DNA of 24,160 nucleotides from Armatimonadia bacterium (GCA_039683575.1 JBDKRC010000047.1:1-24160), one strand, 5' to 3'; shown: positions 1 through 9,384, numbered from the stretch's first letter. The notes: generated by a model from the sequence alone, not told the origin. Translations and numbers: made by a program.

Positions 1-1065
1 CAGCGCCGCCGACAGCGCCAGCGCCGTCGGGAAGTCGTACTGCCGCCCCACCGCAAAGGTCGCCAGCAGCACCACCGCCATCGCCACCGCCCGGTTCACC
101 GACGCCCCCGAACCCGCCAGCAGCGCCAGCCCCAGCAGCCCCACGATCACCACCGCCATCCCCCAGAACGGCAACACCCTCCGGCTGCCGCGCAAGAGAA
201 AGATCAGCGACAACGCAATGATCGTCACCTGCGTCCCCGACACCACCAGCAGATGGATCGTGCCGCTGCGCCGGAACAGCTCCACCAGCTCCGGCGGCAG
301 CTTCGCCGCCTTCATGCCATACACCATGCTCGCCAGGAGCTCCGCATACAACCCCGCGTTCGGCTCCGGCATCGCCTCTGTCAACGCCGCCAGCATCCTC
401 CCCCGCAACCCCGCCAACCGCTCCTGCACATACGCCTTCGCCGATCCTCCGCCAACAACCGTCACCTTCCCCGCCTTGCCCAGACAGTAGATGCCCTCCC
501 TCGCCAAGAGCCGCGCCTGATCCGGCTCCCCCGGCGTCCCGGCCGACCTGATCCGCCACAGCGCCACGCCCTCCAGCATCAGCCGTTCGCCCAACCGCAC
601 CCGGGGCTCGGGCGGCAAGGTCATCCGCACCTTCCGCCGCGCCATGCGGTCGTTCTCCGCCGTCAGGAGCACGGCCGCAAGCTGCACTTGCCCGGCCTGG
701 TACGGCATTTCCTCCACCACCCCCAGGGCCCGCTCGAGCTCGAGCCCGCGCACAGGCAAGCGGTCACCCGGCGCAGGCGTTATCCGCGCCGTGTGCAGCG
801 TCGCCCCAAACAGGAAGGCCGCCAGCAGCAGCGCCACGTCTGCCCCGGTCGTTCCCGCGCGCACCAATACCCATGCCACGGCAAGCGCCACCGACCCCAT
901 CGCCGCCACCACGAGCAGCGGCGCCTGTAGCTGGTCGGCCCACACAATACCCAGGAGCAGACTCAGCGTGAGACAGACGAGGGGACGCGCGCGAGCGGTG
1001 GTGAGGAGTTCATCCCGAAGGTCGGCAAACGGCGAGGGAGAGACGACGGGGTTGGGGCCATTCAT
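1..1065 (-). CDS. comEC: ComEC/Rec2 DNA-uptake channel protein, N-terminal part (runs off the left edge)
   Basis: Translated by hand; absent from the ORF track. ATG at 1065-1063 overlaps the comEA stop (ATGA). Open frame MNGPNPVVSPSPFADLRDELL... with hydrophobic N-terminal helices, then the Competence-domain motif LFRRSGTIHLLVVSGTQV and SVNRAVAMA. Directly downstream of comEA. Confidence 0.92.
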   Translation of the reverse strand, partial: MNGPNPVVSPSPFADLRDELLTTARARPLVCLTLSLLLGIVWADQLQAPLLVVAAMGSVALAVAWVLVRAGTTGADVALLLAAFLFGATLHTARITPAPGDRLPVRGLELERALGVVEEMPYQAGQVQLAAVLLTAENDRMARRKVRMTLPPEPRVRLGERLMLEGVALWRIRSAGTPGEPDQARLLAREGIYCLGKAGKVTVVGGGSAKAYVQERLAGLRGRMLAALTEAMPEPNAGLYAELLASMVYGMKAAKLPPELVELFRRSGTIHLLVVSGTQVTIIALSLIFLLRGSRRVLPFWGMAVVIVGLLGLALLAGSGASVNRAVAMAVVLLATFAVGRQYDFPTALALSAAL

Positions 1066-1727
1066 GGCTGCAGATACGGGCGGACGGTCTCGAGACGATC
1101 GCGACCTATCCCCTCAACCTGCAGCAGGTCATCCACGCTACGGAACGGGCCGTGTTCATAGCGGTAATACAGAATGCGCTGCGCCAGTTCTGGCCCGATG
1201 GACGGCAGCGCCTCGAGCTGTGCCTTGGTGGCCCGGTTGAGGCTCACGACTGCGGGCACCGCAGGCTGCGCCGGCACGGGAGCCGGCCTCGTTTGCGACG
1301 CCGCCTGGGGCATAGCAGGAGCGGGTGGTGTGGAAGTAGCCTGGGGAGCAGGCGGAGCAACCGGACCAGGAGCAGCCTCAGGCGCGGCGACCGGCGCAAC
1401 AGTCTTCACCGCGATCTGCGCCCCGTCGTCGGCCACCGCCGCCATGTTGACACTCGACTGGTCGGCATCCCCCCGCAGTCCCCCCGCAAGCGCAATGGCC
1501 TCCGACACGCGCGCCCCCTCGGCCAGACGGTAGACCCCCGGCGCCTTCACCGCGCCGACGACATGCACGATGACTTCACCGGAAGAAGTGGGAGCACTTT
1601 GGGCCACGGGGTAAACGGGGGAGGCCGGCGCACGGTCAAACCGGGACACCGTCAGGATGATGATCCCGATGAATACCGCCGCCAGTCCGACCAGCACCAA
1701 AATCCGCTGCCCCCGGGTGAGGTCCAT
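1062..1727 (-). CDS. comEA: ComEA DNA receptor (N-terminal membrane anchor, SLBB domain, Pro/Ala linker, C-terminal helix-hairpin-helix)
   Basis: VIVHVVGAVKAPGVYRLAEGARVSEAIALAGG (SLBB) and VSLNRATKAQLEALPSIGPELAQRILYYRYEHGPFRSVDDLLQVEGIG (HhH); coupled to comEC. Confidence 0.95.
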   Translation of the reverse strand: MDLTRGQRILVLVGLAAVFIGIIILTVSRFDRAPASPVYPVAQSAPTSSGEVIVHVVGAVKAPGVYRLAEGARVSEAIALAGGLRGDADQSSVNMAAVADDGAQIAVKTVAPVAAPEAAPGPVAPPAPQATSTPPAPAMPQAASQTRPAPVPAQPAVPAVVSLNRATKAQLEALPSIGPELAQRILYYRYEHGPFRSVDDLLQVEGIGRDRLETVRPYLQP

Positions 1728-1944
1728 GCAGAGAGAAACTCCGAGAAAACCTTAAGCGGCATGTTCAAAGCCACATTCGGTGCGGAAGAACATGATACCT
1801 CCCTACGCACGTCCATAGGCCAGGAAGGTCTCCGCCGCGCACTGCAACAAGATACCAGGAGACCTTCGCCGTGACCTCTGTCCGAAACCGATGTTGACGG
1901 AATTGTGGGAGGGCTCCCCGGAGCCCGACCCTGGAGGCACGATC

Positions 1945-2994
1945 ATGGCCCTTGAACTCGTCGCCGTCGCTCCCCGCCAGCCCGTCGTACGCGAGTACCA
2001 GCCCACTCCGCCCGGCCCCGGCGAAGTCCTCGTCCGAACCCGCCTTGCCGCCGAGAAGCACGGCACCATGCTGCCCCTCTATCGCGGCGAAAGCCCGTTT
2101 GTCCAAAAGAGCTTCGATGGCGAGCACGGCCTCTTCATGCCAATCGAGAACCCACAACCGCCCGACTTCGGCCACGGCATGGCTCTCGGCAACATGGCGG
2201 TCGGCACGGTCGAACAGGTCGGGCCAGACGTCACGGGTCTGAGCGTCGGGGATCGCATCTACGGCTACCTGCCGATCCGCGAGACCCACACGGTCGCTGC
2301 CTCGCGCGTCAGTCTCGCCCCCCACGACCTCAGCGACGAAGCCCTTGTTTGCCTCGACCCCGCGTGTGTCGCCTTCACTGCCGTGCGCGAGGCGCGCGTG
2401 ATGCTCGGCGAGGCAGTCGCCGTCTTCGGTCTCGGCGCCATTGGCCTGATGGCGGTCAGCCTCGCCCGTGCCGCCGGCGCCGCCTTCATCGTCGCCGTCG
2501 AGCCACTGCCCCTGCGGTGCGCCCTGGGCCACAAGTACGGCGCCGATGTCGTGCTCGACCTCGCCGCTGACGCCGACGCCGGCCTGCAGATCCGCCGCGC
2601 CACCAACATGGTGGGGGTTGACCTCGCCCTGGAAACCAGCGGCAGCCATCGCGCCCTGCATCACGCCATCCGCGCCACCCGCTACGGCGGCGCGATCATC
2701 CCTGTGGCCTGGTATCATGGGGAAGCAAAGGGGTTGGAACTGGGGGAGGAGTGGCACTTCAACCGCCACACCCTGATCTCAGGAGCGCGAATGGAGAGCG
2801 TCCCCTACCGCGACGCCCCCCGCTGGGACCCGCCACGCGTTCGGCAGACGGTACTGGACCTGTTCGCCAGCGGCAAGCTCATCACCGCTGGCCTCCTGCA
2901 CCCGCGAGTCCCCATCACTGAGGCCGCCGACGCCTACCGCCTGATAGACGAACACCCCGAGCAGTGCGTGAAACTGGCGGTGGAGTTCAGCTAA
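1945..2994 (+). CDS. Medium-chain dehydrogenase/reductase (zinc-binding alcohol dehydrogenase superfamily, BchC-like subgroup), substrate unknown
   Basis: GroES-like N-terminus (PGPGEVLV, GTVEQVGPDVTGLSVGDRI) and Rossmann motif VFGLGAIG. No structural-Zn Cys cluster. Start moved from 1891 to the ATG at 1945, which follows GGAGG at 1933-1937. Confidence 0.85.
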   Translation: MALELVAVAPRQPVVREYQPTPPGPGEVLVRTRLAAEKHGTMLPLYRGESPFVQKSFDGEHGLFMPIENPQPPDFGHGMALGNMAVGTVEQVGPDVTGLSVGDRIYGYLPIRETHTVAASRVSLAPHDLSDEALVCLDPACVAFTAVREARVMLGEAVAVFGLGAIGLMAVSLARAAGAAFIVAVEPLPLRCALGHKYGADVVLDLAADADAGLQIRRATNMVGVDLALETSGSHRALHHAIRATRYGGAIIPVAWYHGEAKGLELGEEWHFNRHTLISGARMESVPYRDAPRWDPPRVRQTVLDLFASGKLITAGLLHPRVPITEAADAYRLIDEHPEQCVKLAVEFS

Positions 2995-3010
2995 CGTTCG
3001 GATATGGCTT

Positions 3011-3062
3011 GGAACACACTACTGAGGGACGGCTGTCAGGCCGCCCCTCAGTAGTGTGTTCC
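3011..3062. terminator. Long hairpin between convergent genes, probable bidirectional terminator or RNA-stability element
   Basis: GGAACACACTACTGAGGG (3011-3028) is the exact reverse complement of CCCTCAGTAGTGTGTTCC (3045-3062), with a short inner stem. No clear U-tract. Confidence 0.6.
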
Positions 3063-3087
3063 GTTCTGGAAGCCGAACCCGGTTTCC

Positions 3088-3795
3088 TCAGTGGAAGGTA
3101 TTCTTGGCCTGCATCGGAGAGAACTTCGCATGGCCGTCGAGGTAGCAGATGTTGATGGAAGCGAATGACGACTCGTGTATCTTGAGAGCGTTGGCTGAGC
3201 CGTAGAAGGGATCGGACCACAACCAGATATCGCTGGGTGAAAGCGCGCCATTGGCGTCTGAGCCAACGGTGAGTATGCGGCGGAGCGAGGAGTCGGTGAA
3301 GCACTGCACGGAGCCAGCGGGGAATGCGCCGGTCAAGAAGCTGTTGGCAATCCAGTTCGATTGCCCGGCCAGCCCTCCGGTGACGTTCGGAGCCTGTGGG
3401 GCGGGAAGTAGCGCCCAGTCGTAACTGAAGTAGTAGTAGCTGATATTGCCCAGACTGAGGTTAGTCGGGTCAGCTCTGACATCCGTCTGAGTCATCTTCC
3501 CGGCCGAGGGGCAATACAGGATCTGAGTGTTCTTCAGGTAGGGCGTGATCTCCGCCACAAGCCGGCTGTGAGGGTTGCAGGGGAAGTTGTCGCACGGGAG
3601 CAACTCATCGTAGTCCTGGGCGTAAGACAGGGCGGCGATGCCCAGTTGCCGGACATTCGAGAGACAGGAGGCGGCGCGGGCCTTCTCGCGCGCCTTGGCG
3701 AAAACGGGGAATAGGATGGCTGCGAGGATCGCTATGATGGCGATGACGACCAGAAGCTCTATCAAGGTGAAGCCGGCGACACTTTGGCGATGCAT
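3088..3795 (-). CDS. Prepilin-type N-terminal cleavage/methylation protein, DUF1559 / H-X9-DG-like family
   Basis: [25 protein letters not shown] class III signal, [17 protein letters not shown]...YAQDYDE, central YCPS and C-terminal H...[19 protein letters not shown] upstream. Confidence 0.92.
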   Translation of the reverse strand: MHRQSVAGFTLIELLVVIAIIAILAAILFPVFAKAREKARAASCLSNVRQLGIAALSYAQDYDELLPCDNFPCNPHSRLVAEITPYLKNTQILYCPSAGKMTQTDVRADPTNLSLGNISYYYFSYDWALLPAPQAPNVTGGLAGQSNWIANSFLTGAFPAGSVQCFTDSSLRRILTVGSDANGALSPSDIWLWSDPFYGSANALKIHESSFASINICYLDGHAKFSPMQAKNTFH

Positions 3796-3961
3796 CTGCA
3801 GTTACTCCTTCATCTGAAACAGGCGCCTATCATCCTCCTCGCATCTTCAACAATAGTATAGTGCCGCGGCCGTAGAAGGCCTTCGCTCAATACTGGCAAG
3901 ATTCACGGTCTTCGTGAGTACTTCCTGGCTACGTACTCTGTTCGCCCGATAGGGGCTGGGC

Positions 3962-4361
3962 TCACCACTCAAACAACACCCCCATCGTCTCCGTCCGTCT
4001 CACGCCGCACCGTCCGTCTAACGCCCTGCCGTCAGGCCCGAAGGGCCGGTAGCTGCTAGCCAGGGCCGCAAGGCCCTGGTATGCCACGCACCCAGGCCCT
4101 GGAGCCCCGAAGGGGCGGCAGCACGTTCGGACGCCACCCGCTATCACCACTCGAAGAGAACCCCCATCGTCTCCGTCCGTCTCACGCCGCACCGTCCGCC
4201 TCACGCCCTGCCGTCAGGCCCGAAGGGCCGGCAGCTGCTAGCCAGGGCCGCAAGGCCCTGGTCTACCACGCACCCAGGCCCTGGAGCCCCGAAGGGGCGG
4301 CAGCACGTTCGGACACCACCCGCTATCCCCACTCGAAGAGAACCCCCATCGTCTCCGTCCG
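3962..4361. repeat. 182-bp tandem repeat (2 full units plus 36 bp); each unit is a copy of the upstream gene's 3' end plus a triple-hairpin REP-like module
   Basis: Units start at 3962, 4144 and 4326 (period 182). Hairpin modules at 4035-4116 and 4217-4298. Confidence 0.95.
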
Positions 4362-5321
4362 CCGCTCAGACAGCAGCCCATACACCTCCGCCGCCTGCTC
4401 CGGCCGGAAGCGGTGCGTCACCAGACCATCCACGCTCATTTGCCCCCGCTGCAAGTAGGTGTAGAACAGCCCCGCCATCGCCTGCGGCGTCCACATCGCG
4501 TACTGCGGCGGCAGCCACGAACTGCGGCTGCCGATGATCTGCACCTGCCGCGAGAGCACGTCATAGGTCAGGTGCTGCTTGGACGGGTACGGGCTGTCGC
4601 CCAGCAAGATGAGCTTCCCATGATCCCGCGCCAGCGGCAACGCCGTCGGCAGCACCGCGTAATGCCCCGTCACATCGTAAACGACATCCGCCAGCCTCCC
4701 GCCCGTATGCTCCAGCACAAACTCCTTCGCATCAACCGAGGCCCCGCAGAACGCCGCGGTCGCCCCATGCTTCACCGCCAGATCAAGCCGCCCCTGCACC
4801 CGGTCGACGACCAGCACCTCCGACAGCCCGAGCGCCCGCAGATACTGCACCACAAGCTGCCCCAGCGGTCCCAGTCCAATGACCACAGCCGTGTCACCCA
4901 TGACATGCTGAGCCATCCGCACCCCGGTCTGTGTGATCACCGCCAGACTCGTCCAGGCCGCCTGCTCGTCACTCAGGTCGTCCGGAATCAGCCCCCAGAC
5001 CTGTTCGGCCTTCAGGTTCACATACTGCCGGTGACTGGCAGTAACCGCCACCCTCTGCCCGAGCGCAAAGCCCTCAACCCCCTCCCCCACCGCGCTGACA
5101 CGCCCCACAAGGCTATACCCCGGCCGGTGTGGATACCGCGCATACTCCGACCAGTGCGAATCAGCATCACAAGCCCCGTGATAGCAGATCAACTCAGTCC
5201 CGGTGGAGATCAGGCTGCAGGTAGCCTGCACCTGGATCATCCCAGCCTCCGGCACCCCCACCTCCTCCTGTGCCAGCACCGCATGCTCGGCATCGGGAAA
5301 GACGATGTAGTTGCTCAGCAT
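4323..5321 (-). CDS. Medium-chain dehydrogenase/reductase (BchC-like subgroup), substrate unknown
   Basis: SLISTGTEL, PGYSLVGRVSAVGEGVEGF, VIGLGPLGQL and DVVYDVTG. Start set at the ATG at 5321 (MLSNYIVF) behind a GAGGGGTG RBS; the longer track ORF (to 5501) merely translates REP DNA. Confidence 0.88.
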   Translation of the reverse strand: MLSNYIVFPDAEHAVLAQEEVGVPEAGMIQVQATCSLISTGTELICYHGACDADSHWSEYARYPHRPGYSLVGRVSAVGEGVEGFALGQRVAVTASHRQYVNLKAEQVWGLIPDDLSDEQAAWTSLAVITQTGVRMAQHVMGDTAVVIGLGPLGQLVVQYLRALGLSEVLVVDRVQGRLDLAVKHGATAAFCGASVDAKEFVLEHTGGRLADVVYDVTGHYAVLPTALPLARDHGKLILLGDSPYPSKQHLTYDVLSRQVQIIGSRSSWLPPQYAMWTPQAMAGLFYTYLQRGQMSVDGLVTHRFRPEQAAEVYGLLSERRTETMGVLFEWG

Positions 5322-5384
5322 CAGACAATCACCCCTCAGATGGCAACATCGCGCGGCCGTGGGGCAGCACCATTCCGGCTCCCC

Positions 5385-5479
5385 GTCGTACGAGCGGCAT
5401 CCTTGCCTTCTACGGTCGTACGAGCGGCATCCTTGCCGCGAGACAACGCGGATAGAGCCCGGCTTCCAGCCGGGCGGGC
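5385..5479 (+). repeat. REP-like composite: GTACGAGCGGCATCCTTGCCGCGAGA (partly duplicated, 30-bp period) plus GCCCGGCTTCCAGCCGGGC hairpin
   Basis: GTCGTACGAGCGGCATCCTTGCC at 5385-5407 and 5415-5437; second hairpin at 5457-5475; inverted homologue at 11726-11795. Confidence 0.85.
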
Positions 5480-5571
5480 CTCCGCCGCCTACTCCCCTCA
5501 TCGACTCCTCCCAAGCCTTCGTCAGCCCATAGCCCGTTACCTGCGGCAGGCCTGCCCCCTCCCCATGGCGA

Positions 5572-7767
5572 ATGGAGGCCCAACCCAGACGGAGGCCCCT
5601 GCCCGTGAGCTACCTACTTTGTCTGACGATGATCCTCACTGCCAGCCTCGCCGCTGCCGCCCCGGTGGCCCATCCCGCCTTCGAACCACCTTCGCCGCAG
5701 GTCCTCGACCTCGGCGAGAACCTGCTGCTCAAGGCCAAGACCACAAGCTCGCCTCACTGGAGCACCTGCGTCCCCGACCATGCCGTGGATGGCCGGCATG
5801 ACTCTCCCTCCCCGCACTGGGCCGCTGAAAACATCCCTGTCTGGCACCAGGTCGAGCTCAAGGAGCCGCGCGAGATCAACCTGATCCGCCTGTGGACCTT
5901 CTGGGACCACAAGCGGTACTACCAGTACTTCATCGAGGGCTCGCCGGACGGCCAGAACTGGACCGTGCTAGGCGACCGCCGCGAGAACACCACGCCCCAG
6001 ACCGAGGCCGGCGAGACCTTCAGCTTCCCCGCGATCAAGGTCAAGTACCTCCGCACCACCTTCACCCATAACTCCGCCGGCAACGCCACCGGCGGGCACA
6101 TTGTGGAGATCGAGGCCCACGCCCTGACCCCGGAGCAAGCCGCGGCCTTTGCCGCCCAGGACAAGCTCTGGGGCAACTGGGGCACCTTCGAGGGCTACGT
6201 CGGCTCAGTCGACTCCCGCTACCGCCGCTACGCGCCGATGCTGGACGAAGGCATGTCAGTGATCAGGGCCGCGGAGCACTCCCGCGCTTGGAGCGCCGTG
6301 GCTTGGCGGGGCGAGCGGGTTCACGCGCAGGTGGTCCTCAGCACCCGTACCGGGGCGCAACAGGTGCGGTTCAAGACCCAGGACCTCAAGAGCGACACGG
6401 GCGCAACCCTCCCCGCGGCCTGTATCAGACCCCGCTTCGTGCGGTATGTCATGGCCGATGGTAAGCTAATGCCGGACATCCTCGACACGGCGCAGCGCCT
6501 GGACCTCGCGCCGCAGACCTCGCGGCCGGTGTGGATCACCATAGACGTGCCGCGCGACGCCGCTCCCGGACGGTACAATGGCACTCTCCAGGCCCTCGCC
6601 GCCGGGCAAAAGCCGGTGCGGTTCGGCCTCAACGTCGAAGTCCTCGCCCCGATCTTGCCACCGCCCTCGCAGTGGCAGTTTCGCCTCGACCTGTGGCAAA
6701 ACCCCTATTCAGTAGCCCGCTACCACGGCGTCGAAAACTGGTCTGAGGCCCACCTGAAGCTCCTGGAGCCACATTTGCGGCTATTGGCGGACGCCGGGCA
6801 GAAGTGCGTCACGACCAGCATAATCCACCGCCCCTGGGGCGGGCAGACCTATGACCCGTACGACAGCATGGTCGAGTGGATCAAGCAGCCAGACGGTACT
6901 TTCCGCTACGACTACCGCAACTTCGACACCTATGTTGCCCTCGCCATGAAGTGCGGAATCACTGACTCGATAAGCTGCTACACAGTCGCCTCGCCGCGAT
7001 ATTTGGACGAAGCAACCGGGGAGTATACGAGCGGCGGGTACACGCTGCAGGACCTTTGGGGTCCATTTCTGAAGGACTTCACAGCCCATCTCAAAGAGAA
7101 GGGTTGGCTGGGGAAAACGGCGCTGGCGATGGATGAGTGGCCTCTGGAGCGAATGCTGCCGATGATCGAGTTCCTCCGGAAGACCGCTCCAGACCTCAAA
7201 ATCGCCCTCGCCGGCGGCAACCACCCGGAGCTGGCAGACAAGATCGACGACTGGTGTGTATTCATCACGCCACCCCTCGACCCGGCCATCGCCAAAGCCC
7301 GCGCGGCTAAGGGGCTGCCGACCACGACCTACGTCTGCTGTGGCCCCGGCAGGCCCAATACCTTCACCGCCTCGCCGCCGGCGGAATCGGCCTGGTTGGG
7401 CTGGTACTGCGCCGCACAGGGCTATAGCGGGCTTTTGCGGTGGGCCTATGACAGCTGGGTGGCAGACCCCCTGCAGGACACCAGCCATGTCACCTGGACC
7501 GCCGGGGACTGCTTCCTGGTCTACCCCGGCGCCCGCAGCTCAATTCGCTTTGAGCGGCTGCGAGAGGGCATACAGGACTTCGAGAAGGTGAGAATCGTGA
7601 GGGAGAAGCTGCGGGCCTCGCAGGACCCGGCGGCTAAGGAGGCCTTGCAGAAGCTCGAGCAGGCGCTGGGAGGGTTTACCTACCAGAAGGCGCAGACCGA
7701 ACCGGCGGAGGTGCCGGTAAACGCGGCGAAGAGGGCGCTGGAGGAGGCTTCGAAGCTCGTCAAATAG
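5572..7767 (+). CDS. Secreted glycoside hydrolase, GH123/DUF4091-like (putative beta-N-acetylgalactosaminidase) with N-terminal F5/8 type C (discoidin/CBM32-like) domain
   Basis: Signal peptide (LTMILTASLAAA); discoidin motifs (HAVDG, WHQVEL, YFIEGSPDGQNWT, KYLR); AWRGERVHAQ, LDLWQNPYSVARYH, AMDEW acid pair, GLLRWAYDSW, GDCFLVYP and SIRFERLREGIQDFEK. The true start could be slightly downstream. Confidence 0.8.
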   Translation: MEAQPRRRPLPVSYLLCLTMILTASLAAAAPVAHPAFEPPSPQVLDLGENLLLKAKTTSSPHWSTCVPDHAVDGRHDSPSPHWAAENIPVWHQVELKEPREINLIRLWTFWDHKRYYQYFIEGSPDGQNWTVLGDRRENTTPQTEAGETFSFPAIKVKYLRTTFTHNSAGNATGGHIVEIEAHALTPEQAAAFAAQDKLWGNWGTFEGYVGSVDSRYRRYAPMLDEGMSVIRAAEHSRAWSAVAWRGERVHAQVVLSTRTGAQQVRFKTQDLKSDTGATLPAACIRPRFVRYVMADGKLMPDILDTAQRLDLAPQTSRPVWITIDVPRDAAPGRYNGTLQALAAGQKPVRFGLNVEVLAPILPPPSQWQFRLDLWQNPYSVARYHGVENWSEAHLKLLEPHLRLLADAGQKCVTTSIIHRPWGGQTYDPYDSMVEWIKQPDGTFRYDYRNFDTYVALAMKCGITDSISCYTVASPRYLDEATGEYTSGGYTLQDLWGPFLKDFTAHLKEKGWLGKTALAMDEWPLERMLPMIEFLRKTAPDLKIALAGGNHPELADKIDDWCVFITPPLDPAIAKARAAKGLPTTTYVCCGPGRPNTFTASPPAESAWLGWYCAAQGYSGLLRWAYDSWVADPLQDTSHVTWTAGDCFLVYPGARSSIRFERLREGIQDFEKVRIVREKLRASQDPAAKEALQKLEQALGGFTYQKAQTEPAEVPVNAAKRALEEASKLVK

Positions 7768-7884
7768 GGGGCCGAACCGCGCAAAACAGCCCCCCAAATG
7801 CACAGATGAAGTTAACCAATGTAACGATTCGGGGCGGAAATATACCATTCTCTATTGTTGTTTGATTGCGTTGCGTAACACAAC

Positions 7885-7930
7885 GGGCCGGATGACTGAC
7901 GGTGAGGCTTGTCAGTCATTCGGCCCCTCC
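7885..7930 (-). repeat. GGAG-led REP-like hairpin
   Basis: GGGCCGGATGACTGAC-N10-GTCAGTCATTCGGCCC-CTCC (15/16 stem); homologues at 18074-18098 and 18121-18159. Confidence 0.75.
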
Positions 7931-8031
7931 CTTTGGCGTCCCTCGATTGCAGTCCCACCCATCTTCTTGAACATCGATATACCTTCGTAACGTCCCTCCT
8001 GAGCAAAAGCACATCAGGGAGATGAGGCGCA

Positions 8032-9384
8032 TTGAATGACGCCACTGGAATGGTCCCCCGGACGAAGGGCTCGCCTGGAGTCGGCGTGCTGCTGATCGTG
8101 ATCTATGTCGCGATAGTCATCACGCCGCTGCTGCTCGCATGGCTGGCCCTGCCGCGGGGTGACGACCCTTTTCTGCGCGAACTCGGCATCCTGTTTGCCC
8201 TGACCGCAGTGCCGGTGCTGCTGCTGCAGATGGTACTGGCGGCTCGTTTCCACTGGCTTGACCGGCAATATGGTCTGGACATGGTCATGCGCTTCCACAA
8301 GGGCATGGCCGCGCTGGCGCTGGTGATGCTGATAATGCACCCGGTGCTCATGTCACTGGCGTCGGGCAGATGGGGGCTATTGACCAGCCTTCAGATGCCG
8401 TGGACAATCTGGCTGGGGCGTACCGCCCTGCTGCTGTTGGTCCTGCAGGCGGTGCTCAGCATCTATCAGAGGCATCTGCTGAGTTTTGAGAAGTGGCGGT
8501 TCACCCACCAGATGGCCCTGCTGATCTGGGTCCTGGGGTGGGTTCATAGCTGGAAACTCGGCCCCGATCTCGAACTACTGCCAGTCAAGATACTGTGGGT
8601 AGTGGCGGGGCTGGTGACCGTCGGCCTCTACCTGTACCACAAGGTATGTATGCCCGCCAAAGCCAAGCGGGATGCCTATGACGTGGTGGAGGTGAAGCAG
8701 GAGACGCACGATACCTGGACCATCACCCTCAAGCCCCCGGCAGGGCTGGCGCACTTCCCCTACTGGCCCGGCCAGTTCGGGTTCATCGCCCTCTACCGGC
8801 CCGGCAGGCCCTTCTCCGGCGAGGAGCACCACTTCACCATCTCCTCCAGCCCCACCCAGCCCGGGATTCACACCTCCACGATCAAGGAAAGCGGGGACTT
8901 CACGAGGACCATCGGGCAGACCAGACCCGGCGACAAGGCGCGCCTCCGGGCAGCCTATGGGCGGTTCAGCCATGTGCTCTACCCGGAGGATCGAAGCATC
9001 GTGTTCATCGCGGGCGGGATCGGCATTACGCCCTTGATGAGCATGTTGCGGTACATGCGGGACACCCAGTCAGACCAGGAAGTCGTGCTGCTGTGTGGCA
9101 ACAAGACGACGGGTGATATCGTGTTTCGCGAGGAGTTGGAGCAGATGCAGGCGGCACAGACGCCGCGTTTGAAGCTGGTGCATGTGCTGTCGGCGGCGGG
9201 GGCGGACTGGCAGGGAGAGACGGGGTATGTGGACCGGGCGAAGATCGAGCAGCATTGCGGGAGCGTGGCCGGCAAGGCGTTCTACGTGTGCGGACCAGCA
9301 AAGATGATGGACATGGTAGAGGCGGCGCTGCGGGATCTGGGAGTGCCAGCTGATAGCATTCGGCAGGAGCGATTCTACTTATGA
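8032..9384 (+). CDS. Ferric reductase-like transmembrane + FAD/NAD(P)-binding (FNR-type) oxidoreductase
   Basis: About six TM helices with heme-ligand-type His (RFHK, IMHP, FTHQ, WVHS); HHFTISS, IKESGDFT, FIAGGIGITPLMSML, YVCGP and terminal ERF. Start is TTG 8032 or ATG 8050. Confidence 0.9.
   Translation: MNDATGMVPRTKGSPGVGVLLIVIYVAIVITPLLLAWLALPRGDDPFLRELGILFALTAVPVLLLQMVLAARFHWLDRQYGLDMVMRFHKGMAALALVMLIMHPVLMSLASGRWGLLTSLQMPWTIWLGRTALLLLVLQAVLSIYQRHLLSFEKWRFTHQMALLIWVLGWVHSWKLGPDLELLPVKILWVVAGLVTVGLYLYHKVCMPAKAKRDAYDVVEVKQETHDTWTITLKPPAGLAHFPYWPGQFGFIALYRPGRPFSGEEHHFTISSSPTQPGIHTSTIKESGDFTRTIGQTRPGDKARLRAAYGRFSHVLYPEDRSIVFIAGGIGITPLMSMLRYMRDTQSDQEVVLLCGNKTTGDIVFREELEQMQAAQTPRLKLVHVLSAAGADWQGETGYVDRAKIEQHCGSVAGKAFYVCGPAKMMDMVEAALRDLGVPADSIRQERFYL

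Noticed and set aside
222-260. ComEC motif reads SGTQV instead of the common SGLHV
   Set aside because: Q/N variants at this position occur in other ComEC proteins as far as I recall; not evidence of inactivation.
218-1240. Plus-strand ORFs 218-490, 253-930 and 644-1240
   Set aside because: Antisense to comEC, which the track missed because it has no stop codon inside the window.
1760-1794. CATGTTC-N21-GAACATG palindrome upstream of comEA as an SOS/LexA box
   Set aside because: Orientation and spacing do not fit GAAC-N4-GTTC or the other LexA boxes I know, and a 7-bp match could be chance.
3962-4361. Diversity-generating retroelement (VR/TR pair) or CRISPR array
   Set aside because: The differences are not adenine-specific and there is no reverse transcriptase. 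The units are near-identical 182-mers with no unique spacers, and there are no cas genes.
7768-8031. oriC call for the AT-richer intergenic region
   Set aside because: No TTATCCACA-like boxes found and no dnaA/dnaN nearby; kept only as part of the skew observation.
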